NCBI RefSeq assembly: GCF_009914755.1 | Contig: NC_060942.1 | Length of the DNA stretch: 64,000 nt | Reading direction: 5' to 3' (one strand) | Source: the human T2T-CHM13v2.0 reference genome, Homo sapiens | Shown here: in pieces, positions 43,305 through 56,500 of the stretch | Numbering within the stretch: position 1 is the first letter of the stretch | Layout of the letters: each line of letters opens with the position of its first letter | Position numbers and translations under genes: made by a program | The notes under the pieces: generated by a model | Told to the model about the DNA's origin: nothing | Database searches by the model: none | Seen by the model: the letters and a program-made list of their open reading frames with translations, nothing else

Positions 43305-46300
43305 CACAGTTATCTTTCTCCATGAACTTTAACTCTTCCCACCCCAATCTTTTTCATCTTTCCTGGACATGGATGCAAATGCTCCCTTATTTGATATACA
43401 TTAAATTTCAAAAGTAAGTCAGCAGGAAAGGAAGAAACAAGTGAACTGAACAAATGCACAAGGCATGGAACCACAGACTACTCCTATAAGGGGAAAAGTA
43501 GAAAGTTGGTGTTAGAAAGAAAGGGAGAAATGCAAACTGATTCAGAAGGCTGAAAGGAATGATAGGTTTTCCACTTTGCGGACATAGAATCTGACTTGTG
43601 GTTAGACTGATCACTGACCTGTGACTCTGACCCAGCAGATACACAACCTGGATGTGAGCAGGGGCTTGTTACCAGGATTTCATGCAGGCTTACAATAGCA
43701 TAGGCATTCTGAGAGCTCAAGCAAAACCTTTTCCTTTCCCCAACAATTTAATATCTGAGCACACTGTCAAGTGGTTATCTGCTAGTGATATAAGAATGGA
43801 ATAAAGTTCTCATTACGAATTTGTCTGAACTGATTTTTCCCGAAAATCGCACAAGAGAATTTCTCAATACTACCAAGCTATATACATGCTGTGTATAAAT
43901 AGAGCTCGAGTCACTTAGTGGCACTTTTGCTACAGCATTTCCCCTTTATAATCAATAAATTTCATAGAACTGGGTATTTATGCTTAAGGGACTTTTTCCA
44001 GTGAGAAAAAAATCTATTCTTATCAGCCCCTTTTATGTATGTACATAAAGAGAGATGTTTGTGAGTCTATAAAAAGTACGCTTGATCTTGTTTGATAGAC
44101 TGTGCCCTCCTCAGAGTGAATAGGCTTTCGAGTGGGTGACTTTGTATTTGCAAATGAACGGCAATATGTGCCAAATCCCCTCCCAGCCACAAATGTAACA
44201 AGATGAGAATTTTATTTCTGGAAGATTTCAAAACAGGTCAGTTCTCATTTACTCCTCAGCGGGTGCTGCTGAAAAACTAGAAAAAAAAAAGGAAGACGTG
44301 GCCATTAAACACAGGAGACAAAACAATACGTACATCAATCAACGCTTAGAAATAGGCTTTGAATGTTATTCATTACCCGTTTTCATCAAATATACATCAC
44401 TCTAATGATCGGCATATTATGAAGACAGGCATTTTAGAGACAAATTATATGATGGACTAAAAAAGATTGCCATTTTCTTGGCAAGGAAATGTAGTTTAAT
44501 TTTTAAAAATCATATAATTGTTATGGAAAGAATCAGTATAAATCAAACAGAGAGATAAGATTTTTATCAGTCATGGCAACCTTCTCCAACTTTCCACACA
44601 AAACCATATAAAGATACATAATAAAGTTAAATTTTAGACTATTACAGTCAAAAGCATGCTTTATGACTGAAGCTTTGCTCTATTTACTTGGTTGATATTG
44701 GTGTGAATGGATTAAAAACACCCATAGGGAAGAGGCTCTCTACCATGTTTTCTGATGTTTTTACAGGATGGCACCTGGAGGGCTGCAGTATTTCTTGAAA
44801 AGTCAATACAGAAATCTAGTGCAGGTTTGTCTCTTCCTTTATTAGATAAATTGACAGGTGAGAGGAACCCTCTGGTTGTCTGACACGAGTACAAGTCATT
44901 TTAACAAATAGTTCTCACTAGAGGCAGCCATAGGCAGCATCGCCTGAAATTCTCAGTGCCACTTACCAGTGATGCTACGCCTCTGTCCATTTAAATTTTT
45001 AAATTAAAACCTCACAATTTGCTCAGTATCTTGTGTTCTCCAGCTATCCTTTTCTGAGCTCGACGTTTTATATGGCAAATTACAACCTTCTGCATGGGCC
45101 AAGTATGTGATCCTATTCAGAGTACTGTTATTGATGTGCAGTTTGTTCTATTAGCTAATGGCTAGAACCGATTGCTAAGACTTAATGGATTCTGTGCTCT
45201 GGATTTGGGACTTTACACTTTTGCTCAATAATGGGGTTTCTGACCTTTGAGTGTGCAGACAGTATTCAGATGGAAGACAGGAAGATGCCTGTATCTGGAA
45301 TGCACTGGAACAGCTATCACGAGTTCAAATGGGTCGCTTTTGGTGGAGGAGGGGAACAAATGGAAGAAATTACAGGACTGACCTCTAACCAAAAAAAGCC
45401 ATATAGAAAATTAGCACTGGAACATTGAGTGCTACAAAGGAAGTGTTACAAAGGGACCAGAGAAGAATAGGAGAGAAATAAGAACCAAGGACTCATTCAG
45501 AAGATGTTAGGCTTTTAAAAAAGTCATAGTGTACATATGTGAAATAAGAAAGCATAGGACTCTAAGCAAATACAAAGTAAGTAGTTGTCCTTTTTGGTTA
45601 TTTTTATTTAGTAGACATGGCTTTTTTATTATTTTGTAATTCTAGATATTTTGGTTCCTTAAGTGTCTTATGCTTATAGTAAGGATTATTTGTCAATGAA
45701 TGACCCATGGACTCCTCTAAGACCTATTTGCTCACCCTGTGATGCCCTCACTGTCTAGTCTCATCTTAACCTTCTTGTTACTTAACTCAGCCTTCTATGA
45801 AGCCCAAAGTCAAAAGGTTGCTCAAATGGGGCCATTTAGGTAACTTCCATGTAGAGGCAGTCTGCCAGAATATTAGAGACTAAGCCAAAATACAAGACCT
45901 TATAAAAGGAGAAGAAACTTGATTCTTGGTTTTGGGAGAAAGGAGAGTCTCCTCCCCCTAAAGAAAAAAAGAGAGAAAGATGGTGAAAGTGAGATAAAGG
46001 AAAAGACATTGAACTGCTTAGAAGGTTGAAGGGAGATCAATATGAAATGAACAGAATCTATTCATATACTGTCCATAGGGCTCAGAGGGTTTGTAGCAAT
46101 TCTATTAATACACATAAATTCCAAGTACTCCTGAGACATGGAATTATTGAGCATGCATCTAAGAAATGACATGGGTAAGTATATACTGTGAATTATAGGT
46201 ACAGGGAAGGAGTTACATATGATGCAATTAGAATAGTCAGGAACCCAAATTTACTCTCTACCCCAAAAAGGTCAAATGCAGAGTACACACAGCCAGCATT

Positions 46301-47134
46301 TTCTTCCCAGGTAGAACTCTAAAGGCCATTCTCTAAAGGAATTATAATCAATGTTGGGGGCAAAGGATTCCCGTGGCAAGTGTCCTTTCCTCTCCATCTC
46401 CGCTCTCCTGCTGAAAAACAAAATGCTGTCGATGCTGGCACTGAGTTGGGGAATGGGGTCTGCAGCCCACCCGCTGGATCCTATAACTCTACCTAGCAAA
46501 GTGGCCATACATAGAGCTCCTTAGAGAAAATGTCTAGAAAAGTGTTTTACAGCAGCATAGAAAAGCCACATCTTTCTTAAGTATGAATAAAGAAACAGAA
46601 AATGCCAGGTAGGTGAAAAGAGCCAGCAGCATATAAAAGAAAGCAAAATAGACAAACATTTAAATGGCTTTAGGAAAAGTACAGAAAATAGACATGAACT
46701 TTGAAAACAACAAGTGTGTTTGGAGTGATCAGAAAAACTGTCACAAAACAAAAACAAAGTTATGAACAAGGAACACTGAAGGAGGGAATAAAAAGTCTGA
46801 GAGGCTGCAGATGTTACTGTATAATTAAAGAGAGACTGAAAAATAAGGTTGAGGACAATCTAGGGCGGACACTACAATCATAATAGAAAAGAATTGCACA
46901 GAGCTGAAGGACTCATGTTCAGATTGAAAGTCAATCAAAACAGAGCCAGTGAAGTCCAAGCAGTCAACCCATGCATTTTGCAGTAGAAGGATGTAAAAAT
47001 CCACGGCTGGAAGTCTCCATGAACAAAAAAAGGAACTCAATAGAAGACGTGAGAGAGGGAGAGCAGAATGAGGGTATTTGAAAGATAAATAATACAAAGA
47101 GTAGGAGAACCTTCAATAAAAACTTAAATGTTGG

Positions 47135-47355
47135 GGCTGGGAACGGTGGCTCATGCCTGTAATCCAAGCACTTTGGGAGGCTGAGGTGGGTGGATCACCT
47201 GAGGTCAGGAGTCCGAGACCAGCCTGCCCAACATGGCGAAACCCTTTCTCTACTAAAAATACAAAAAATTAGCCGGGTGTGGTGGTAGGTGCCTGTAATC
47301 CCAGCTACTCTGCACTCCAGCCTGGGTGGCAAGAGTGAAAGTTCTTCTCAAAAAT
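47135..47355 (+). mobile_element. AluSq/Sp-like with about 69-nt internal deletion
   Basis: junction cagctactc|tgcactccag at 47310/47311; TSD aaatgttgg at 47126-47134 and 47361-47369. Confidence 0.88.
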
Positions 47356-48289
47356 AGAAGAAATGTTGGGCAAATATCCAGAGACGGTCTGTTCTCTGTA
47401 AGAATTTGGTGACAGCTAATTGTTTAATATTCCCATTTATTCTCTAAAATTTTTTTAAGGTACTTCAGAGAAAAACAGTGGATTTCCAGACAGGAAAGAT
47501 GTAAACCTGGGAAGAAACATGCTTCAAGGCCTAGTTTGGCCACGACAAGACTATTGGGGCTGGCAGAAAGTGGCAGAGGGCAACAAAAAGAAAGTGACAG
47601 GGGCTCAGAAGGTGTAGTGCTCTGAAATCATCTGCAAAATATTATTTCTAAAAGGTAAAAGAAAGAGAACTGAGAAGCCCAGATCTCAACTATGGGAGGG
47701 TCCGACAATGGAGAAAGAGGGGCTATGCAGAGTTTCTGTATTTTAATTTTTCACTGTAGCAGTGAGGAGGAGCCTTAGAGTATAAGAAGCTATTCTGTCC
47801 AATGTCCACTCTTTCCCTATAGTTCAGTAAAATCTAGGATATAATTAATAGAACAGAATATATTTTGTTTCCATACAAAAATGTAAAAAAGTAGAGACAG
47901 TATATCTGGAAAGATAATAAAAACATGCCTGAAAAAATGTTGCCACAACATAGATACAAATTACAACCTAATATCTTTCAGGAACTAAAGTGAATATAAT
48001 ACAATAGTCAGCAATATGAAGGAAGAAACAGAAACAGAAACTAAAGAATTACAAGAAGAGGTGATCAGACAATAGAGGAATTGAGAAAGTTAGGGAAAGA
48101 AATAAAAAATACAAAAAGACAAAAATATTTTAGGAATCAGAACCAAATTTTGAAAGAATAGAAGCTGTGGAAAGCAGAATAAGGCATATGAGGAAGGAAA
48201 TGAGAAAGTCAAATAAAGTAAGGTATGAAAAGGGACAAAAGAGATAAAAGCATAAAGAACATACAAACATGGAAATCTGTGTAAAGGTG

Positions 48290-48458
48290 AATATATTATA
48301 TATATATAATGTATGTATATATATTTTATATACATATATAATGTATGTATATATATTTTATATACATATATAATGTATGTATATATATTTTATATATACA
48401 TACATACATACATATATAATGTGTGTCTGTGTATATATATACACACACACACACACAG
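48290..48458. repeat. TA/CA-rich tandem repeat
   Basis: repeating tataatgtatgtatatatattttatatacata unit. Confidence 0.9.
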
Positions 48459-48624
48459 ATTTCCCCAAAGAAGAAAAAAATATTTAAAGTAATAATTAAT
48501 AAAACTCTTACTGAAGTTAAAAAAAGATTTGAATCCACATAATGAAAGGGTTCACTCTGGGAAAATTTATTCAGAATAGTTATCAGCAAGACAGATCCTA
48601 AAATAACTTTTTTCCTTTCTTTTA

Positions 48625-49415
48625 GATTTTTTTTTAATTTCAAAAGCTTTAGGGGTACATATGTTTTTTGTTTACATGGATGAATTATTTTGTGATGAAG
48701 TCTGGGATTTTTGTGTAATCGTCACCCAAATAGTGCACATTGTACCCAATAGTTCATTTTTCATCCCTCAACCCCCTCGGCCTCTCCCTGCTTCTGAGTC
48801 TCCAGTGTCTACTATACCACTCTGTTTGCCTTTGCATACTCATTGCTTAGCTCCTGTAAGTGAGAACATGTGGTATTTGGTTTTCTGATCCAGAGTTACT
48901 TCACTGACGCCAATGGCTTCCAGTTCTATCCAAGTAGCTGCCAAAGACATGATTTTATTCTTTTTATAGCTGAGTAATATTCCATGACGTATATATACCA
49001 CATTTTCTTTATCCACTCATCAGTCGATGGGCACTTAGGTTGATTCCGTATCTTTGCGATTATAAATTGTGCTGTAGAAAACATATACATGCAGGTGTCT
49101 TTTTTATAATACAATTTATTTTCCTTTGGGTAGATATACAAGGCTGAGTTGAATGGTTGATCTACTTTCAGTTCTTGAGAACTCTCCATACACTTTTCCA
49201 TAGAAGTCGTACTAATTAACATTCCCACCAGCACTGTATAAGTAGTCCCTTTTCACCACATTTGTACCAACATCTGTTTTTTTAAAATTTTTTAATAATG
49301 GCCATACTGGCTGGGGTAAGGAGATATCACATTGTAGCTTTAATTTGCATTTTCCTGATGTTGAGCACTTTGTCATATGATTGAGGGCCATTTCTATATC
49401 TTCTTTTGAGAAAAA
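48625..49415 (-). mobile_element. L1MA (MA2/3-like) 3' end; 48660-48976 is the left arm of inverted repeat 2
   Basis: T-rich tail, 3'UTR and ORF2 end (QPKCPSTDEWIKKMWYIYVMEYYSAIK). Confidence 0.85.
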
Positions 49416-50196
49416 TACATATCCTAGAAAATTATCAGACTTTTGAATAAAGAAGCTTTGGTTCTCTGGGCAAATAAAAAACAAAATGTCCCAGTTAACC
49501 TGGTGTTATCTTGGTTTAGACTTGTTCCTCAAGCTAATTACTTATATTATTCCTTCTCATACTCAAAAGTATCAGTTAGATTGACTGCCGACCTGCTTCT
49601 AAGAGAAAGAGCATTAAGTTGGTCTCAAACATCTTGACAAAAACAGAAGACAGAATCCATTTCACGAACATTTACAGTATATTCGGAGGAGAACATGAAC
49701 CAAAGATTTTCTATCCAGACAAGATGCCCTTCAACTATAAAGCCTACAGTACTGTGTTTTAAACATGAAGCAGTTCAGGTAGTAATTTTTTCATGTGGAC
49801 TTTTCTTTAGAGAAATACTAAAGAATTAGTTCTAGCCAATGCATAAATAATTAGAGAAGCTCTAGCAAAAGAATCAGTTCTATGCATTGAATATGTTACT
49901 TGTATATTTGAGACAAAAATATATTTAACAACAGATCTAAGACACATATAAAGGTTAAAGAAGACAGAATAGGATGTAAATGTTGTGTGCTCTGACAGTG
50001 AAAAATAATACAACCACAAGATATTGGAGGAAAGGAGGGACATAATATAGAAAGTGGAGTAAAGTTAGAGGTTGTCTCATATGCGACATCAGGAATATGA
50101 AGGAAACAGATAAGGATGATGAAGCAAGGTCTAGAAGTATAAGCTTATGGTACAAAGATAAAAATCAATAAAGATAGTGCTATCTATGTATCTATG

Positions 50197-50512
50197 TATT
50201 CAGCCATAAAAAGAATGAAATCATGTCTTTGGCAGCAACTTGGATAGAACTGGAAGCCACTGGCCTAAGTGAAGTAACTCAGGATCAGAGAATCAAATAC
50301 CACATGTTCTCACTTACGGGAGCTAAGCAATGAGTATGCAAAGGCAAACAGAGTGGTATAGTAGACACTGGAGACTCAGAAGCAGGGAGGAGCAGAGGGG
50401 GCTGAGGGATGAAAAATGACCTATTGGGTACAATGTACACCATTTGGGTGATGATTACACAAAAATCCCAGACTTCACCACAAATAATTCACCCATGTAA
50501 ACAAAAAACATA
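50197..50512 (+). repeat. Inverted repeat 2, right arm (copy of the neighbouring L1MA 3'UTR)
   Basis: 21 substitutions and 1 indel against the reverse complement of 48660-48976; one 71-bp perfect run. Confidence 0.93.
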
Positions 50513-50570
50513 AACATAAAGCTGGGTCATTAGGAAATGGAAGGGGACGGAGAAGAAATAGGATATAAGC

Positions 50571-51127
50571 TGTAATGGTTAATATTAAGTGTCAACTTGA
50601 TTGGATCAAAGGATACAAAGTATTGTTTCTAGCTGTGTCTATGAGGGTGTTGCCAGAGGAGATTAACATTTGAGTCAGTGGATTGTGAGAGGCAGATTCA
50701 CCTTCAGTCTGGGTGGGCACCATCCAATTGGCTGCCAGAGTGGCTAGAAAACTCAGGTAGAAGAAGGTGGAATGAGCTGACTTGCTAAGTCTTCCAGCCT
50801 TAATCTTTCTCCCGTGCTGGATGTTTCCTGCCCCCAAATGTCAGACTCTAGGCTATTTGGCTTTTTGAGTCTTGGACTTACACCAGTGATTTGCCAGGGA
50901 CTCCTGGGCCTTTGGCCACAGACTGAAGGCTGCACACCGTTGGCATCCCTACTTTTGAGGTTTGGGGATGTTGAGCCACTACTGGCTTCCTGGCTCCTCA
51001 GCTTGCAGACAGCCTATCACGGGACTTTGCCTTGTGATTGCATGAGTCAATTCCCCTTAATAACCTCCCTTTCATACACACATATATCCTATTAGTTCTG
51101 TCTCTCTAGAGAACCCTGACTAATACA
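50571..51127 (+). mobile_element. HERVL solo LTR, MLT2A2-like
   Basis: tgtaatggttaatattaagtgtcaacttgattgg...ctagagaaccctgactaataca, 557 bp. Confidence 0.85.
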
Positions 51128-51179
51128 AAAACTAATTTTATTATTGCTCATAGAGAAAAGGATAAGATGATGGGGCTGG

Positions 51180-51180
<1 letters not shown>

Positions 51181-51222
<42 letters not shown>
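51181..51222. repeat. (GAT)14 microsatellite
   Basis: direct reading. Confidence 0.97.
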
Positions 51223-51416
51223 AAAGAGACAGGAGATAAATGGATGGATAGATAGACATAAAAGGTATCAAAAAAGGATTTCAGTCTAAAGGGTATTATA
51301 AAGGTAGTTATGAAAACAAATATAACTTTTCTATATGTCAAAAAGGCTAAATTTTCAAGAATAGATAAAATAGTACAATGTTTAAATATATCTACAGTTG
51401 TACATATGCACATGTA

Positions 51417-53580
51417 CAGGCATATCCAGGGGATACTACAGGTTCCATTCCAGACTACAGTAATAAAGTGAATATCACAATAAAGTGAGTTACACAAATT
51501 TTTTGGTTTCACAGTGTATTTAAAAGTTGTGATTACACTATCTTGTTAAGACCACAGTGAAGTTTGCTGCATCAATTGCCTCTTCCTTTCACAAAAGATT
51601 TCTCTGTAGCATTTGGTGCTGTTTGATAGCAGTTTATCCACAGTAGAACTTCCTTCAAAACTGGAGTCAGTCCTCTCAAAACTTGTTACTGCTTTATCAA
51701 CTAAGTTTACATAATAGTCTACATCTTTTGCTGTCATTTCAACAATGTTCACAACATCTTCACCAGGAGTAGATGCCATCTCAAGAAACCACTTTCTTTG
51801 CTCATTCATAAGAAGCAATTCCTCATCCATTTGAGGTTTATCATGAGATTGTAGTAATTCAGTCACATCTTCAGGGTCCATTTCTAATTCTAGTTCTCTT
51901 GCTATTTTCACCACATCTGCAGTTACTTTCTCTACTGAGCTCTTGGATTCTTCAAAGTCATCTGTGAAGGTTGTAATCAGCTACTAATGTGGATATTTTG
52001 ACCTCCTCCCATGAATCACGAATATTCTTGACAGTATCTAGAATGGTGAATCCTTTCCAGAAGGTTTTCAATTTACCCCGCTCCACTAGAGGAATTACTA
52101 TTTATGGCAGCTTTGGCCTTCTAAAATGAATTTTTTAAATAATAAGACTTGAAAATCAAAATTCCTACTCAATCCAGGAACTAAAAAATGGATGTTGTGT
52201 TAGCAGATATGAAAACAACATTAATCTCCTTGCATATGTCCATCAGAGCTCTTGGGTGACCAGGTGTGTTGTCATTGAACAGTAATATTTTGAAAGGATT
52301 TTTTTTTTTCTTAGTGATAGGTCTCAGCAATGCTTACTGAAATTATTTACTGAAAATATTCAGTAAACTATTCTAAAAACAGATGTGCTATCATCTAGGC
52401 TTTGTTCCACTTATAGAGCACAGGTAGAGTAGATTTTGCATCATTCTCAAGGACCCTAAGATTTTCGAAAAGGTAAATGAACATTGCCTTAACTTAAAGT
52501 CATCAGCCACATTAGTGCCTGTTTAAAAGTCATCCTGTCCTTTGAAGCTTTGAAGCCAGGCATTAACTTATTATTTCTGGCTATGACAGCCTAGATGGCA
52601 TTTTCTTCCAGTATAAGGCTGTTTTGTCTACATTGAAAACCTGCTGTTCGCCTCCATCAATGATCTTAGCTAGACCTTCTGAATAATTTTTTGCAGCTTC
52701 TCCATCAGCGCTTGCTGCTCTACCTTGTACTTTCATGTTACGGAGATGGATTATTTTTTCAAAATGCATGAACCAGCCTCTGGAATCTTCAAACTTCTCT
52801 TCTACAGCCTCCTCATCTCTCCAGCCTTCATAGAATTGAAGAGAGTTAGGGTCTTGCTCTGGATTAGGCTGTGGCTTAAGGGAATGTTGTGGCTGGTTTT
52901 ACCTTCTATCCAGATAACTAAAATTTTATTCATATCAGCAATCAGGCTGTTTAGCTTTCTTATCATTTGTATGTTTAGTGGAGTAACACTTTTAATTTCC
53001 TGCAGGAACTTTTCTTTTGCAGTCAAAAGAAAAACTTGGGTAACTGGCACAAGAGGCCTAGCTTTTCGCCCATTTCAGCTTTCAACATGCCTTCTTCACA
53101 AAGCTTAATTATTTCCAGCTTTCGATTTAAAATGAGAGACATGTGACTCTTCTTTTCACTTGAACACCTAGAGGCCAGTGTAGGGTTATTAACTGGCCTA
53201 ATTTCAACATTGTTGTGTCTCAGGGAATTGTGAGGCTTGAGAAGAGAGAGACAGGAACAGCTGGTCAATGGAGTAATCAGAACATAAACAACATTTATTG
53301 ATGAAGCTTGCCAACTTCTATGGGCACAGTTCATGGCCCTCTGAACAATTACATTAGTAACCTCAAAGATCACTGATCACAGATCACCATAACAGATATA
53401 GTAAGAATAAAAACAAATTTAAATATTATGAGAATTACCAAAATGTGATACAGAGACACAAAGTGAGTACATGCTATTGGAAAATGTTGCCAATAGACTT
53501 GCTTCATGCAGGATTGCTGCAAACCTTCAACTTGTAAAATGTGCAATATCTGTGAAGTGAAATAAAATGAGGTGTGCCTA
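51417..53580 (-). mobile_element. Tigger1 DNA transposon, near full length, transposase disrupted
   Basis: TIRs caggcatatcc... and ...atgaggtgtgccta with TA flanks; transposase fragments in separate ORFs ([22 protein letters not shown]; [17 protein letters not shown]; [23 protein letters not shown]). Confidence 0.93.
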
Positions 53581-53599
53581 TATTTTAAACAGAAAACAT

Positions 53600-56500
53600 A
53601 ACAAAACATAACAGAAATAAAATATGAATATCATCTTGACCAATATGAGGGAGCTTACCTCACAGATAAATATTAAAAATCTTTCTCTTTATCACAAAGC
53701 TAAAGACAAGTCTATGCTTATTACAGGAAACATGTATAAAACCAAACTATTTAGAAAGTTTAAAAATGCAAATATGGGCAAAAGTAGACCAGAACATACA
53801 ACCAAAAAGGAAGCAGAGACTGCAAAGTTAGTATCAGACAAAGCGGTATTCAGGGTTCAAAAGCATTAACAGCGACAAATAAGGACACTTCAAAATGCTA
53901 AGGGAGGCAAATAATAATGAAAGCATAAAACTTTTATTATCAGACACCAAATACCAGTAGCAAATTTCATCAAAGAGCAATTACAGTTGATACTGTGAGA
54001 ATTAGAAATACCTTTTTAAAAGAACACTTTACTTCTCTAATCAAGACAGATCAAGAAGACAGAAATATATATATATAAAATATTTAAACTACATGTTATA
54101 ATCAACCAGATGATTTTTATGTAGCAAACTTTATGCTTTCAAGTTATAGAAAACACTTCTTTTCAAGTGTACATACAAAAGAAGAAAATTGACAATATAC
54201 TAAGCCAGAAAGGAAAAGGAAACCACAAACAAACAAAAACTAACAAATATATATATTTTAAAAAGCAAACCTTTTAAAAAGTCTCAAGTCAGGAGAAAAT
54301 ACCAACTGAAGTTACAGAAACAACTGCAATAAAAGCAATATATATCAGAACTTACGAAATATAACTAAAGCAAGTCCTACAGGAAACATTTTTAAAGAAG
54401 AAATGAAAATAAATGCAGTAAGCATCTGGCTCAGAGTCAGAAAATAGAAACATAATACAAACACACCAAAAAACAAAAGGCAAATGAAGAAATTAGGGTA
54501 CATTCATAAATTGGTGACATAGCATAAATGAATGAATGAATGAATGGTGTTTTTGAAAATGATCCATAGATTTGTCACTACCTAATTTATTCAAGAGAAA
54601 AAATAAAAGAGCAAGAGAAAGTAATCATAAGAACAGAAATGTTTAAAATTATAAGACTACTTCAGATGACTCTAGGCAACTTAATGTAAAGGCCTATATA
54701 AATTGAATAGTTTTCTAGGAGAATATGATTCAGTGAAACTTAGTGTGTTATACTTTCTTTAGCACAGAAGAAATTAAGAGCTAACACTAACAAAGCACCA
54801 AGCTAGGAGATCTCACTGGGTAGTTTCAATAGAAATTAGACAGTAAATAATTCCAGTGCTCCATAACTGGGTTCAGGACTCAGAAAGAAAGAAAACATCC
54901 CAATTGTTTTTTAAAATGAATATAATATTGATAATAAAAGCCAACAAATATTTCATTTAAAAAGACAACTATAGATTAACCTCACTTACGAATATTAACA
55001 TTAAAAAAATCCTGAGTATATCAAGCCAAAGTCAACATCAACTTAACAGGTAACAACTCACTGGAGTTTATTCTAAAAATATGTGAATAAACTTGGTATC
55101 AGGCAGTTATAGTCAATTATATTAATAGATCAGAGAAACTTTCCTGAGGGGGAAATTCTCATGATCATCTCCCTCTAGATACAAAAAAAAAAGACATTTG
55201 ACAAAATTTGGCAGATTATTTATTAACAGGATAAATACACATATCACTTTTTCATCACAACTATTTAACATTCTACTGGAGATATTTACCAATGCTTTTA
55301 ACAAGAAAATTAATTTTACTCAAGAATTTTTCTTATTCCCCAACCCTTCCAATACACAATCAATCCTATCATCTTTGTAGAAAGATGAAATCCCACACAG
55401 TGAGTAAAAGTAGTAAGATAGATAATAAAGTACAAAATTAATTTAAAGAACAAAATAAGATATAATTAAAAAGGAAGATAAAATAGAAGATCTCATTACA
55501 ATAAAAATTTTAACTCCAGTAAATATACTTAACAAGGAAGATTCAAGACAATATTTTTGAAAATAGCTCAAATTCTCATGATGGATACGGAAGTGAAATT
55601 AAACAACTAGAAGTAAAATTACTATTTATTTAAGACTCAATATCTTACATAAGTCAATTTAAGTTCAGTGTGAACCCAGTGAAAATACCAAAAGGTTTTT
55701 GTCCATCTGCAACTACATAATTCAATTCAAAGTTTACATGCACCACCTAAAAAGCAAGAATAGCCAGAAAATCTTTAAAAAAATAAGAGATATAAGAGTC
55801 ACTGGCATTGCTAGATATTAAAATACAAATTTTGATAGTAAAAACTATGTTACTGTTACATGAATAGACTGACCAATGGAAAAGAATGAAAAGTTGAGAA
55901 ATAAACCCAAATATATTTATATAACAATTATCAAATTAGTACATAAGGATATATATATTTAAAAATTATGTTGACAAAACTGGGTGGCCATCTGGAAACA
56001 TACACACTTGAAACCACACTTCATACCACAATAAACCAAGATCAAAGATTTCAGTGTTAGTGTAATATTATTAAAGTATTAGAAAAAAATGTCTATTAGA
56101 AAAAAAAGTTGAGTCATCATTTCATGATCTTGAAGAAAGAAGACCACCCTGTTGTTTACAATGTAGAGCTATGAAAGAAAAGATAGAAAATTTTAGATAT
56201 ATAGAAATCAAAAAGTTCTGTGGTTAAAAAAAAAATTTAAGGAGTAAATTAAAAAGCAAATGTCAAACATTGAAAGATGATTAGCAAGCTGGGAAAATAT
56301 ATTTGCAACTCCTATCAGATATGAGATTAGAACTTTTAATAACTACAAACCTCATAAAAAATTAACAAGAAAAAAATCCAGAAATTTAATATAAAAAGTG
56401 TTCAAGGATATGAATACAGCTCATCCTCCAAACAGAAGTTAAAATGGCCTGTAAACATATGAAAGGATACTCAACCTCACTCATAGTAATAGAAATGTAA

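Larger units (their letters stand above)
47900..50560 (+). mobile_element. Old L1M ORF1-region remnant hosting the L1MA and its inverted copy
   Basis: A-rich ORF1-like tracts (tatccagacaagatgcccttcaactataaag) in the same orientation across the insertions. Confidence 0.5.

Noticed and set aside
51546-53373. Several ORFs resembling TIGD1 / Tigger transposase
   Set aside because: Split by stops, frameshifts and deletions; a fossil Tigger1, not a domesticated gene
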